DNA of 64,000 bases from the human T2T-CHM13v2.0 reference genome, Homo sapiens: the NCBI RefSeq assembly GCF_009914755.1, contig NC_060931.1. One strand, 5' to 3'. Made by a program: the position numbers and the translations under genes. Numbering within the stretch: the stretch's first letter is position 1; each line of letters opens with the position of its first letter. Shown in pieces: positions 14,148 to 28,712 of this stretch. The notes below the pieces were generated by a model. That model searched no databases, was not told the DNA's origin, and saw only the letters and a program-made list of their open reading frames with translations.

Positions 14148-15067
14148 TCAGTGATAGGATGAGAAAAAAGAGATATACCTGGTAGCCATTTGTCTCAAAA
14201 GTTAAGAGGTGAAATTTGTAAAAGTTAATAAAATCACCAGATGAGTATGAAGAGGCTGAAGGCCAAAGTTGAACCTCTCTGAAGCCCAAGGGAACGTGTA
14301 TACTCAAAAGTCAAAAAGTCAAAACCAACCCTAAGCTGAAACAGATGTTAGAATTAGAAAACAAGGACGTTAAAAATTATAACTGTAGTCTATATATTCC
14401 AAAGGTAGAATTATGAAAGATATTTTTATCAATACAAATTAAATTTCTTGAGATGAAATCTACTACTAAAATATGTGAGATGAAAATTATACCAGAAGAT
14501 TAACTGAAGAGTAGATACCAAAGGAAAGATTAATAACCTTGAAGATACAGCAATAGAAACTATTCAAAACACAAAGAAAAAAATAATTTAAAAAATAAAG
14601 AGAGCATCAATAAGCTGTGAGACAGCTTCAACCACCCAAACACATATGTAACTAGAGTCCTCAAATGAGAAGAGAGAAGTGGGGCAGAAAATATGTGTGA
14701 AGAACAAATGGCCAAAAATGTTCCAAAGTTGATGAAAACTACAAACCCCATGCATCCAAGGAACTCTATGAACCCCAATACAAGAAACATGAAGAAAACC
14801 ATATTAAGATGCATCACAATCAAACGCACAAGAGCAGCCACAGGAAAAAGGACACACTATGTAGAAAGGGAAAAAGATAAGGATAAAGGCAGATTTCTCA
14901 TCAGAAACAATGCAAGTGAGAAGACAGTGGTGCAACATTTTTTAAATACCAGAAGGAAAAAACAACTATCAAGCTAGAAATCTATAACCAAGAAAAATAT
15001 ACAAATATTTGTATATTCCAGAGGTATGAATCAATCTCAGGGGTATGATGATGGATATGTTTACCAT

Positions 15068-15365
15068 TTTTTTGTGTTTTTTTTTTGGACAGGGTCTCAC
15101 TCTGTCGCCCAGGCTAGAGTGCAGTGGCATGATCACAGCTCGCTACAGCCTCAACTTCCCAAGCTCAGATGATCCCACTTCAGCTTCCCAAGTAGCTGGG
15201 ACTACAGGCACATGCCACCAGTCCTGGCTAATTTTTGCATTTTTTTGTAGAGATGAGGTTTCATCATGTTGGCCAGACCAGTCTCGAACTCCTGAGCTCA
15301 AGCAATCAGTGGGCCTCAGCCTCCTAAAGTTCTAGGAGCGCAGGCGTGAGCCACCGCACCCAGCC
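15068..15365 (-). mobile_element. AluJ
   Basis: Antisense dimer with J residues. Confidence 0.88.
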
Positions 15366-16427
15366 ACACTCTCTTGACTGTGATGATAGCTTCACCGGCT
15401 TATATACATCAAAACTAATCAAACTGTATACTTTATGTACAACTTATCATATATCACTATATTGCTAATAAAGCTGTTTTTAAAAAGTCAGTATCATATA
15501 TATAGAAACAAACAAGAGAAGACAGTTCTCAATTAGTACTAAAGTGATAGATCAAATGTAAAGTGTGAAGTCTGAATGGATCCTGACTTTAAAAAAAAGC
15601 TAGCCTTTAAGAAAATAATGAAATTTTGAATGCAAATTGTACATTAGATGATACCATGGAATCACTGCTAATTGGCTTAGGTAGGATAATGGTAGTTTGG
15701 TTACATAGGAGAATATCCTCATTCTTAGATTCATGCTGAAGCATTAGGGTTAAAGTGTCATGTCAGCAATTTACTTTCAAATGATTCAAGCGGGATAGGT
15801 ATATATGTGGAAGAAAAAAAGTCAATGTGGCAAAATATTAACAACTTGTTTCTAAGGAAAGAGTATATGGATGTCAGTTATATTATTCTTTCAATACTTT
15901 CTGCTTCATATTTTTCATAATAAAACAAGGGGAAAAAGATTAGCATATCTATATGGAAAAAATATCACAAACAGATAAAATACAAATAAGAAAAACACTC
16001 TAACACATGACAAAAATAGAGCTACTTTGTTTTATATGTAAAATAACTTTACAATCTGGAAGAAAAACATGAATAATTTTTTAAAGTAGGCAAAAATCAC
16101 AAAATGACAACAGAAAATATGTAAATTACCCCCCAGAAAACCTCTAAAAATATACCCAACTTGTCATAATTAGAGAAATGCAAAACAAAATGATGTGATA
16201 CCATTTTTCACCTGTTGGATAAGTTTTTTCTTTGATAAAAACTACTCTTGGTAAGAAATAACTGATGAAAACATATGCTCTCATATACTGTCAAATTGTA
16301 TATTAGGTCGACCTTTTGGATGGTAATTTGGCAAAAAAAAATTTGAACTTTTATTTAGAATTTAAATTTAAAACATGCATACTCTTTGACCTAGCAATTC
16401 CATTTCTAAGAATATATACTACACATG

Positions 16428-16636
16428 AGGGGCCAGCCAACTTTGTCTTAAAGAGTCAGGCAGTAAATTATTTTCAGCTTTGTGAGCCATTGTGAAATGG
16501 TGTTACAACCATTTCATTCATCTACTCTAGTTTGAAAGCAGCCATAGACAACATACAAACAAATGGGTATGGCTGTGTTCCAATACAATTTTATTTACAA
16601 ACAAGGTGCCCAACTATGGGCCATAGCAATCCCTAC
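16428..16636 (+). mobile_element. MER58A (hAT-Charlie)
   Basis: gaaagcagccatagacaac...atgggtatggctgtgttccaata. Confidence 0.75.
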
Positions 16637-18139
16637 TATGTATTAAATTCTGAACAACACAAAGATATAGTTTATTACAGCACTACTTGTAACAGCCAAA
16701 AAACTGCAAATAACTATGTATTAATAAGGCACTTCATTCATAACTAATTATATATTAATAGGGCACTTAATTCATAACTAAATGTACATTGTAGGACACT
16801 TGATAATTCACAGTAAATCAACACAATGAAATGTGCAAATGTTTAAAAAAAGGTGACATTTATCTAAAATTATAGGAAAAAATCTCCAGGATAAGTTATT
16901 AAGTGGAAAAAAAATGCTGAGCATTATCTATAGGATACAGTATAAGAGAAGAAAAAATGATACATATGCATTAATTTTTCTGATTTTCTGTATGGATACA
17001 CACGAAACAGTACTTACACCTGGAGAGTTGGACTACTGGGTCGGAGTTGAAGAAAATTTTACTTTTAATTTTATAACCTTTCCCATTTTTTACCATGAGC
17101 ATGTAACTTTTGTAACTACTTTTATAATAAAATGAAATAAATGAAGTGGCACAGTGAAATTTAATATATGCTATGTGAATGAATAATAAACTAGGTAAGT
17201 TTCATCAAATGGGCATATGGGAATAAAAGCCAGTTCTAAAGCAATTACAAAGTAATGCTGCTGATAAAAGTGGACTGTGTAAAGGTAAACAGTGTCACAG
17301 CAACCATTACACATTGCAGGTTGACTCTCCAATATTCTTTCCCGTAGATCCGAGGTCAAGTTTCAAACTGTCTAAACTAATACATGGTAATGGCATCCTT
17401 CTGCCAAATGACTGGTTCAGGAGCTGCCAGCCCTAAGTTAAAGTTCTGGAAATGCTGTGGAAAATCTGAAAATGTAATGGGGAATAAACAAGAGATTAAT
17501 GAAAGCATTGTATCTAATCAGCAAACTTCTGTGACTCTCCATATCACCAAGCTAAGTGACAGCTGGGGAAAGGCACAAACAGACCACAACAATGGATTTA
17601 TCCAGAAATACAACAAGAGGCTGAAAAAAACAGTATTAGGCATCAGTGAAATTCCTAATTATAAATAAGTTTGAGAATGGGTACAGACAAACCTAGAGAG
17701 AGACCTTATGAAATGAGGAAACAAGAAAGCATGTCTATGTACTTGGAGGAAAAGGGAGGGAGTCAAAGGACCAGGTGATGAGCATTATGTAACAGTATGT
17801 TTGTTAGAACAAGAATCACAGAGGAGGTTAAATCAACCAGAGACTAGTTCTGCTGGTGAAATCTCAGCAAGAGAATCACTCCTACTACTAAGATCCTAGA
17901 AAAACTGAAGTAGAGTGCTGATGTTACTGAAGCTGAAGAAGTTAAGAACAATGAGGCCATGTTGGATGGGCCAACATGAATGTGAATGAAGATAAAGTTT
18001 TCAAAGGACTCAGCTCTCTTTATTTCATCTTTCTCTGTGGCAAAGTTAAAGAAAGGCCAGTATAATTAGATGACCTGATGTCAAAAGAGAATAAGTTATC
18101 TATTGATGGTGATAATGTTTAAAATTTTCTCTGAGTTGG

Positions 18140-18335
18140 GAAGGCCTAGGTTCCTATCCTGATAAGTTCACTTCTTAGATGTATACCATTGAAGTTACAA
18201 GTTACTTAACTTCTCTAGACAACATTTGATCAATAAAAGTACCTACTTCAGAAGATTATTGTAAAGATTACTTGAGATGATGCATATAAAGCGTTAAACA
18301 GTGCCTGGCACACGATTGATAATAAGTATTAGTTA
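18140..18335 (+). mobile_element. MIR
   Basis: cctaggttc...caagttacttaacttctct...cagtgcctggcaca. Confidence 0.7.
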
Positions 18336-19811
18336 CTCTTACCAAAAATGGTCAAGTTGTAGCAGTACAGGTCAAGTCCTATGCCAACTGCCCCTTTTTG
18401 CCTAGTGGGTTACAAGAGCCAAAGAGATAGAAAAAAGTATAGATGACTGTAGGAGAAGCCCTGTATCTGGGGAAAGAAAGCTTTTAGTTAAGGTGAAACA
18501 CCTGAATAAGCGCTTGGCAAATATAAAATAATTTGCACCCAAAGGGGCAGAAATCCATGAGTATAATGGAATGATTATTGCCCTAAAAACTCTCAAACCT
18601 AAATAATGCATCTCTCTTTAAATAACTTCTGACAGTAGTGCGTGGAAAAAGTAGAGTTAAAACATAAATAAAACCAAGCTGGGAGAAAATCAATCAACAA
18701 AATACAAAGGTGATACTGGTTCACTGGTTAAGAAACTAGCATTAGTGTCTATTACTGAGGACGAATGAAAAGAAACTAGCCAGAAAACTTGGCAAAGTTT
18801 GTTTCTAAATTTATAGATGCAAATTTACCGATTATGACCTCTTTCTCCAATGTAACAAGGGGAGTTATCCGTATCTTGATAACCTTAAGTGCTATCAAAA
18901 AGCAGGTTTCACTAAGTGTCAAAATGCAAAAATTGGTAACAAGTTAATTATTTTACATTTCTGAGGCTTCTTTTCTATTCAAAGTAATGCATTTTCATTG
19001 TAGAAAACTAGAATGAAAAAGTATACAGTTGTAAGGGGAAGCAATCTCATTACACAAAAATAAAAAAAACATTTTGCATGGACTTTCAGTCTTTTGACTG
19101 CATTTTTCATTATATCATAAGGTTATATTTTCTATACAATGTATGTCTATTTTATCACATAATACATTTTTTATATCTATTTTATCACATAATACTACGT
19201 CATAAGCACTCTATCTGCTTTACTATTAACAGTTACTAAACTAAGGGTGACGACTTTCTCTATAAAGGCCTTTACGGTTTCAGTCAACTTATTTTAGTAA
19301 TAAATACGCTCCTTATGTAATTTCACAAGTTTAGGGTCAACTTTTAGTCCCAGTACCATGAGCAGCTTTTCAGAACTTCATGTGCAGCCCTAGAAGCTAA
19401 TGTAAAGGGAAAAACTGCCATTATATATTTGATTTATCCAATGAGTTATGCTACTTTGAAAGTAAATTTCACATATACAAAAAGGACCAATAATATTAAA
19501 AATTGTATTCCTGTTTCTATACATGATGCTAATTTTTCCATTCTACCTTTGGTCAGGTGGTCACCTCAAGATGATCTGATGTGATTTATTTTTCCATGTA
19601 CAAGCTGTAGAGTCACAACGTGACATTTTGTAGAGGGCCTATAGCTGTAGATTTTCTTCTCTGTACAAATAAGTCTGAAACTAAACTTAATTACCTTCTA
19701 AAATAACATACACAATTTTATCAAACAGGTGATGAAATAGTAATACATGTACACTTTAACATTTCTCATTCTTCTATTTCCTTTTCAATGCTTTAAGTAT
19801 TTTAAAATTAG

Positions 19812-20452
<641 letters not shown>

Positions 20453-20761
20453 AAGTTAAAAAGATGTGCTACTAACCGGCAACTTTCAGGTTTCATTTTT
20501 TTAAACAGTAAATTATATAGCTCCTTATAATATTATCATTCATATGATATAAACATCTTAAACATACTACAAATATCCAACAGAATTCAGAACATCACAC
20601 ATTACTATCTGAACATGGTTCTTTTTCTTAATGTCATTTGACTCCAAACTTGCAGGCATATTTTTTTCTACTCTTTAAGAATCTAATGTCAGAAAAGTTA
20701 ACACTTTTGCAGTAAACTAAAATTAACAGAAATTTAAATGTTTAAAACAATTCCAAAGAAA

Positions 20762-21061
<300 letters not shown>

Positions 21062-21697
21062 TCAAGAGAAAAAAAAATTGCTTAAGTGATTTAACCACTT
21101 CATCACAAAAGAACTATTTAAAATTTATCAGAAATCTATATTCTGACAATTACCTTTGGGCCAAAGAACCCAAAGTACAAGACCATATGCCAAAGTAGTC
21201 TAATCAGCACTCTGAGGTAGGCCCTCCCAGTTTACAGAGGCATGTATTACAGTCTTAGGCCTCAGGCTCTTTCACCATGAATTGGTAAGAACTTTCATAA
21301 CTCTAAAAGGTACATCAAGGGTTCATTAAAATACCATTAGAACACCTTGTAAAACCACTAAACAGCAAATATGTCTTCCTTGGCTAATGGGAACTGAAAG
21401 AATTGTGAATTCATGTGAAAACTGGTGCTACTGTGGAAAAGTGTCTATTCTTTTAGGGTTATCTCAAAAGTCGGAAGCATTTTTGTAGCTCAATATATGA
21501 AGCTCAAACAGTGGTTACATTCAAGTTTGGCATATTCTGAGTTTTTATCTTGTTACTGTGGTTCTGTATCAGACATCTGGTCTCTTGCATCTCACCGAGC
21601 CTCTGTTCTTCTCCAGCCAGAAAGGAAATTCAGAGGTTTCACTGAGGGGGAGAATGGGAAGCTGTTAAGAATTGTAAGAGAAAGTTCTTACAATTCC

Positions 21698-21987
21698 TGG
21701 CCAGCCACAGTGGTTCATGCCTATAATCCCAACGCTTTGGGAGGATCACTTGAGCGCAGGAGTTCAAGACCAGCCTGGGCAACATGGCGAAACTCCGTCC
21801 CTACTAAAAATACAAAAATTGGACGGGCGTGGTGGCACATGCCTGTAATCCCAGCTACTCGGGAGGCTGAGGTGGGAGGATCACCTGAGCCCAGGAGGTC
21901 GAGACTGCAGTGAGCAGTGTGACTGGGCCACTGCACTCCAGCCTGGGCGACAGAGACCCTGTCTCAAAAAAAAAAAAAAAAAAAAAA
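21698..21987 (+). mobile_element. AluJb-type
   Basis: Dimer with small internal deletions and a poly-A tail. Confidence 0.88.
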
Positions 21988-23075
21988 GGGCGGGGGGCCA
22001 AGGGGCTCAAATCCTAACCCACTATTTTTTTTTTAAGCAAAGATTAGAAAAAATTAATGCCAAGGTTTTTTTTGTTATTAATCCTCAGTATGATCTTGCT
22101 AAACGATGCATTGTTACAACTCTCAAACTTTCAGTTTGAGGAAGACAACGGCAGTGCCCCCACAAATCAACCAATTTTTCAATTAAAGAGGAGTCCTGGT
22201 GTGATAGAAAGTTAAGGAATTAGGAACAACTGATAACAACTTTCTAGGTCTTGCTGGGAATATCCTGATTCACTCATCCAAGGGGCCTCATGTCCCTCGT
22301 GCGGAGTATGAAAGACTGTATTAGATCTCCGTGGATCTTCATCCTGGCTCTAAAAACTGCCTCTTTGTAAGTTCATGGCTAGCTTCCACAATTTACCATG
22401 GTATGAGAGGAGGGAGGCAGGATTAATTCTGCCCACAATCTTGAGGACGCTGAACGTGTTTTGGTTCATAATTTGACAAAAATGACATTTTTTTAGGTTA
22501 CAGTAGAGGGGGGAAGCCCGTCTTGCTGGTCAAGGGTGACTGAAACTTTGCTGAAAGACTTACTGCCTGGCTTGTACAGCCACCGCTTGTGTAATAAGGC
22601 CATCCCCTCGGACTCAGGTAGTTAAACATCAGGCCCTGCTGCCCAAGTGTGTCCCCAACCCAAGGTGCACCCTGGGGGCGCTGAAAGACCAGGGGTCGCT
22701 GGGGTGAGTGCGGGTTGCTCCTGGAGTTGGGCGCTCCAAACGTCCTCGGAGTCCTAACTCCAAAGCAGCATGCCGGGGTCCCAAATACTCTCTTCTCTTC
22801 AGCCCAAGCTCTTCCCCACCTCTTCCTAAATCCCGAAAAGGGCGCTGAACCCGTTCATCAGGAGCCCGGGAGAAAGGGAGGGAAGGCAGAGGGGGGTACT
22901 CGCGGAGTGAGTGGCGGCCGCAGAAAAGGACAGGCCTTTAGTACCAGCCAAAATATTGTTTTTTAAGCCCCAGCCCAACCGCAGGGCCTCCCGAGAAAAG
23001 ACTTCTTCGGCCGTCTGGACAGAAGAAGCGAGCGGCCGAAAGAAGGACAAGGGGGAGGAGGCGTGAGGTCCTTAC

Positions 23076-23166
23076 CCGCTGCAAAGCTGCCGGCTGCCGG
23101 CCGCAGCCGCCGGCTCCAGTACCGGAGACCGGAGGCAGCTCCGAGGAGCCGTAAGGAGGCTGCCAT
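23076..23166 (-). CDS. HIBADH: HIBADH coding exon 1 (mitochondrial transit peptide, MAASLRLLGAASGLRYWSRRLRPAAGSFAA + 1 nt)
   Basis: ATG at 23166-23164 in a strong Kozak context (cagcATGG). 91 nt, phase 1, followed by the donor G|GTAAGG. Arg-rich and acid-free peptide matching the known HIBADH N-terminus. Confidence 0.98.
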
Positions 23167-23274
23167 GCTGCGCCCGCCCCTCTCCCCGCGGTGACCTCCG
23201 CCGCCTCCCGGAGGGCCCACAGACTGCGAGCGTGTGCAGCGGGACTGGCTGGCTCGCCCACGGAGAAGGGCGCG

Positions 23275-23286
23275 CGCGCACGCGCT
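23275..23286. promoter_or_regulatory. NRF-1 binding motif
   Basis: CGCGCACGCGCT matches the consensus YGCGCAYGCGCR at 11/12, as expected for a nuclear-encoded mitochondrial gene. Confidence 0.7.
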
Positions 23287-23297
23287 CTCACCGCTCG

Positions 23298-23560
23298 GGG
23301 GCGGGTGCCCACGCGCGAGGGAAGGAGCGCGGAGCCGAGAGGAGCGGCCTGACGCGGCAGGGCCTGTCAATCCCTTTACGGACAGGGAAGCAGACCAATC
23401 AGAATTCCCAGGTCCGCAGCTGTGCGAAGGACCAATAAGAGGCCTTTTTGAACAGTGACGCCAGGCGCCCTGGCGCTGCCCCCAAGCTCGTGCCTCATTT
23501 ACAGCCTGCGGGCGGGAGTCTCCTTGTTTACCAAAGCAGAGGGCGTGTGGGAGGCGGGGG
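23298..23560 (+). promoter_or_regulatory. Sp/KLF GC boxes
   Basis: GGGGCGGG 23298-23305, GGGCGGG 23510-23516, GAGGCGGGG ~23551-23559. Confidence 0.6.
23393..23439 (+). promoter_or_regulatory. Two NF-Y CCAAT boxes
   Basis: gaCCAATcag (CCAAT 23395-23399) and gaCCAATaag (23432-23436), 37 bp apart. Confidence 0.7.
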
Positions 23561-23867
23561 CCGTCGCTCGCTCCCGCCTCCTCGGAAACCTTGTCCCCAC
23601 AACCGCTGCGTGTTAAAAAGGACAAAACTGACTCGCAGCTTGAAAAACACTCAGAAAGCTACCATGTGTGTAATAACTTTTAAATTCATTTGATTTTATT
23701 TAACACAACAGTTTCTCAATACTAAAAATAGTAGGAAAAGAAGTTGGTAACATTATCTTTGAAGGGAAGAGTTACTAGAAACTTGCACTTTCTATTTCAA
23801 GGCATATTTCTCTAATCTTTGAAAATTCTACACCCTAAATCCATTTTGTAAGCAAAACTAAATATAA

Positions 23868-24211
<344 letters not shown>

Positions 24212-24954
24212 TGCAGAGAGACAGACATTTAGTCATTCTTCTGTCAATGCTTAGTGTACATATTTGAGTCTGTAAACCCCTTGGGGGTAATTGCAGGCCT
24301 TCTCATCTCCACTGACTCCACCAAAGGGTTGGAAGCCATGACCACACCAAAGCAAGACTATAGCCTTTGGAGAATGGCAATACAGCAGGAAAGAGAATGT
24401 GTATGGAGTAGCTAGGGAAATGCGAACCCCAATCTAAGTAGCACAATCAACAAAATTTGACTTTGACCTTTTTTTCAACTCAGTAACCCATGGAGTTGAA
24501 AGCAAAGGAATTGGATCATTTCCATCTGGGCTCTTTTCATGTTTCTGGGCATGCTGGCAACGTTTCCAAAAACTTAAAAACTTGTACAGAGTGCAAGGTC
24601 CCTATCTGTAACTGGGAGGAAGTTAATGCCCTTCTTTGACCATCACTCCACCCCAACCCTCTACCCAACACTAAATGAAAAGAAGGAAGGAAAGGGACGA
24701 AGGGAGGGAGGGAGAAAAAACTCATTTCAACAATTAGACCTTCTCCTAGATTTGGGTCCCCACCCCTACTAGGGGTAAATTAGTTTCTGGAGCATTTCCC
24801 ACCTGTGCCTCTCTTCCTGGTTTCGTCAGGTTTTAGCTGGAATAGATCTCCTGCAGGCAACAAATGTGGGCCTACAGGTTTCTTTTTCTTTTTCTTCCTC
24901 CAGCACTACAGGTTTCTATAATTAACTCCTGAACTGCAATTGGTCTTTCAACTG

Positions 24955-25019
24955 TGTCTCCTCCAAGAAGCCCTGCATTGTCTTCTCCAACAATGTCTCC
25001 TCCAAGAAGCCCTACATTG
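24955..25019. repeat. 26-bp direct repeat (TGTCTCCTCCAAGAAGCCCTRCATTG), 39-bp period
   Basis: Copies at 24955-24980 and 24994-25019, one mismatch. Confidence 0.9.
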
Positions 25020-26512
25020 ATTCATAAACTAAGGAATTTTCATAGGTTTCCATGATTTTAAAGAAGCGTTATGAATTTTTAAGTAATTCTTACTGTTTGA
25101 AGGTGCTTGCAGATATTATTGTACTGGCAAATGCAGTTCCTGCCTATGGCTGGTTAGCTTTCTTCATTTGATTGCCCTCCTGATGCCCTTGTTTGAAAGG
25201 CACTGCAACTCCTCCCTGAGTCTTTGCCACGCATTTTTGTTTGTAATTGTTTCAATGCCTTATAGTGGCCCCTGACTTCCGCTTCCAGGAAGATGGAGTA
25301 GATAGGTTTCTCCCTATTCTTCTAAGTACAACTAAAAACTCAACATTATATATAAGATAAACATAGGGAGACTTTGAAAGGTGGAGAGAAGTCACACTGG
25401 CTAGGGTCCAGAGAGCAACACGGTGGGAAGTTCCTTGGGTTTTCATGTAGCCTTATATACCCCAAACTGGGTGCTGGAGAAGCCAAAACCAGAAACCCCA
25501 AAATGCCAGGAAGCATAGATAGACAAAAAGTGCCCCAATAAAAGGCTGCTCTTTCTAGCCAAGTGATGAAAAAGGAGTGGCCTAGCAAGAAAGGAAACAT
25601 TTAGAAGATAATCACTCCACTGTAGACAAACAATACACACATACATACACACACTGACCCCACCCCATAAAGCAAAGGCTGAGTTGGGAGCCTAGACTTC
25701 CACACTCTCCAGGTTGTGATGAGACACCCCAGCATCCTAACACCCCAATCGCTCTACTCCTCAACCCCTCTAAGGTGATGTCAGAGAAAACCAAAGAGAG
25801 GAATGGGATTTTCATCTTCAACTGGGCAGTAACAAGTAATCCTCCACACACATCCTTCCCTACTCTCAGTGTCACTGGAAACCACAGGGCGACCCTGGAT
25901 TTCCACTCCTACCTTACAGTGGTGAGGTACCCCTCCCTTTCCCTGCTTAGATGGTGTAATTGGAGGTGTATTGGAGAGTCAGAGCTTTCATCACTGCCCA
26001 ATGGTAAGGATGTCACACCCCTTCCCCTCCATGGTGTCACTGGAGGCTACATGGGGGCAGTAAGGAGCCATTCCAAGCCCTCTCAACTAGGGAAGTATCA
26101 GTGGACAACTAGTGGGGAGCTGAAACTCCCACCATTGCCCAGCAGTAACAAGGAACCACCCACCCTTGGTGTCAACAGAGGTGGAATAAGGAACCTAGAC
26201 TTCTACTACCAGTTGCCATTTACAAGTTGATGCCCCCTGCCAGAGCAGTGTCAAGAAAAACTAGTTAAAATAAAAGGTTTAAATAATATCCAAAATATCA
26301 TAATACCCAAATGTCCAGATTTCAACAAAAAATCACTCATGATACCAAATTTCAATTAAAAAATGACTCATGATTCCAAAACCCAGGAAGATTTCAAGCT
26401 GAATAAAAAAGACAATAGATGCCAACACTGAGATGACAAGTTAAAATTATCTAACAAAGATTTGAAAGCATCCATCAGAAAATATTTCAAGAAGCAATTA
26501 AAACATGCTTGA

Positions 26513-26812
26513 GGCCAGGCATGGTGGCTCACACCTGTAATCTTAGCACTTTGGGAGGCCGAGGCTGGCAGATCACTTGAGGTGAGGAGTTCAAGATCAG
26601 CCTGGCCAACATGGTAAAACCCCATCTCTTCCAAAAAAATACAAAAATTACCCAGGTGTGGTGGTGGGCACCTGTAATCCCAGCAACTCAGGAGGCTGAG
26701 GCAGGAGAATCACTTGAACCCAGGAGGCGGAGGTTGCAGTGAGCTATCACGCCACTGCACTCCAGCCTGGATGGCAGAGTGAGACTCCTTCTCAAAAAGT
26801 AAAATAAAACAA
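26513..26812 (+). mobile_element. AluS
   Basis: TSD taaaacatgcttga (26499-26512 / 26813-26826). Confidence 0.92.
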
Positions 26813-27031
26813 TAAAACATGCTTGAATTAAATAAAAAGAAATCTCAGCAAAGAAACAACATATAAAGAAGAAATAAATGGAAATTTTAAAACTGAAAAA
26901 ATGCAAGAAATACAATTTTTTAACTCAACAGCAGAATAAAGAAAAGAATCACTGAGCTAGAAGATAGAACAGTAGAAACTATCTAATCTAAACAGAGAGA
27001 AACTAGACTGGGATTTAAAAAGCTACGAAGC

Positions 27032-27375
<344 letters not shown>

Positions 27376-27377
27376 TC

Positions 27378-27669
<292 letters not shown>

Positions 27670-28039
27670 TCTAACATTCCTGTCATCAGAATCTCAGAAT
27701 CTGGGAAGAAGAGGAATAAGACTTTCCCAACAATACCCACACTATCTAATCATTTTTACGCCTATTCCTAAGATATCATTCTCTCTGTACTCACCTCCCT
27801 GACAATGCAGTACTCTTTCCCTTTCCCAGAGCACTCTGAGTTCCTCAGGTTCTCTGCTTTTCTTCTTTCCTTCCTTTCTCTTTTCCACACATTCTAATAC
27901 TGCTTCTACACTCCCCACTTGTTAGGACTCAACTCAAAGTGACTTTCCTCAAGAAGTCTTTTTCTGAATAATATATAAGCAGTCATAAAAACAATCCAGT
28001 TTGATTAAGAAACTACATTTAAAGTCACTTTCAAAAACT

Positions 28040-28410
28040 ATCAGCATCAGGTTTGGTTGGATAAAACAAAGTCCAAATGATAACAATTTGGTTTTTCCTC
28101 TCATAAAAGTAGTGTGGATGTAGGCAGAACCAGGGCCAGTTTGACAGCTCTGAGTTGTCAAAATTCCAAACTTCTCATTTTGTTTTACTGTCTAAAATGA
28201 TTTTCTAACCTCATAATTACTTCATGATCAAAGATAGCTGCTAGTGGTCCAACCATCTTGTCTGAGTTCCAGGCAAGAGGAAAGAAAAGGAGGGAAAAGT
28301 AAAGGAAAGAGGTGTGTCAGCAAACTGTTCTCATTTTCAGAAGCCTCCCTATAAGTCCCACCCCACAATTGTCCTTCCCACTGGCCAGAACTTAGTCACT
28401 TAGCCATAAG
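28040..28410 (-). mobile_element. Old MLT1 (J/K-like) LTR
   Basis: aagatagctgct...ttccaggcaagagg...tggccagaacttagtcac. Confidence 0.6.
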
Positions 28411-28519
28411 ATTTGGATGGCATGACAAGTCTTTGTTCTAGGCAGTTTTAAAAATTTTGGAACACAAAACACCGGTAAGATAATTGAGTTGTGTCCTAAG
28501 ATAAGAGCAAATCTAAGTA

Positions 28520-28712
28520 CATATTATTGCATTTATTTAAATGGATTAAAGTTGGAGACATCAGTATGAACTCATGCTTAACTTAATATAGATACAGATG
28601 GTTACATATAGAAATATTTATCAATGTGTATATAGACACAGGTTAGTATACACATGTCTCTTTGCTCTGTCATCTGAGGGGGCCTAGAAGCAATTATAAT
28701 CCAGTAGCAACA
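28520..28712 (+). mobile_element. L1MD-like 3'UTR fragment
   Basis: ggagacatcagtatgaactcatg...gggcctagaagcaat. Confidence 0.6.

Larger units (their letters stand above)
14320..17140 (+). mobile_element. Cluster of old L1M (ORF1 and 3' end) fragments
   Basis: A-rich strand bias, ORF1p-like remnant (14693..14977), ctttgacctagcaattccatttctaagaat ORF2 3' motif. Confidence 0.65.
22670..23640. promoter_or_regulatory. CpG island / HIBADH promoter, 5'UTR and first exon
   Basis: Only GC-rich, CpG-dense non-Alu stretch in the window. No TATA box seen. The TSS cannot be fixed from sequence (probably ~23230-23300). Confidence 0.93.

Noticed and set aside
17384-17668. 94-aa ATG ORF in unique intron 1 DNA (also 11198..11608 and 50740..51045)
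   Set aside because: No recognisable domain, and no poly-A or TSD to suggest a retrocopy. The length is compatible with chance.
22963-23625. 220-aa minus-strand ORF and overlapping GC-rich ORFs
   Set aside because: Only the 30 codons of exon 1 are real; the rest reflects stop-poor CpG-island DNA and read-through into intron 1. The in-frame upstream GTG has a weak -3 context.
25680-26230. CRISPR-like or coding repeat array (151-aa ORF 25775..26230)
   Set aside because: Units are highly degenerate and lie within an old L1 5'UTR; the protein has no recognisable features.
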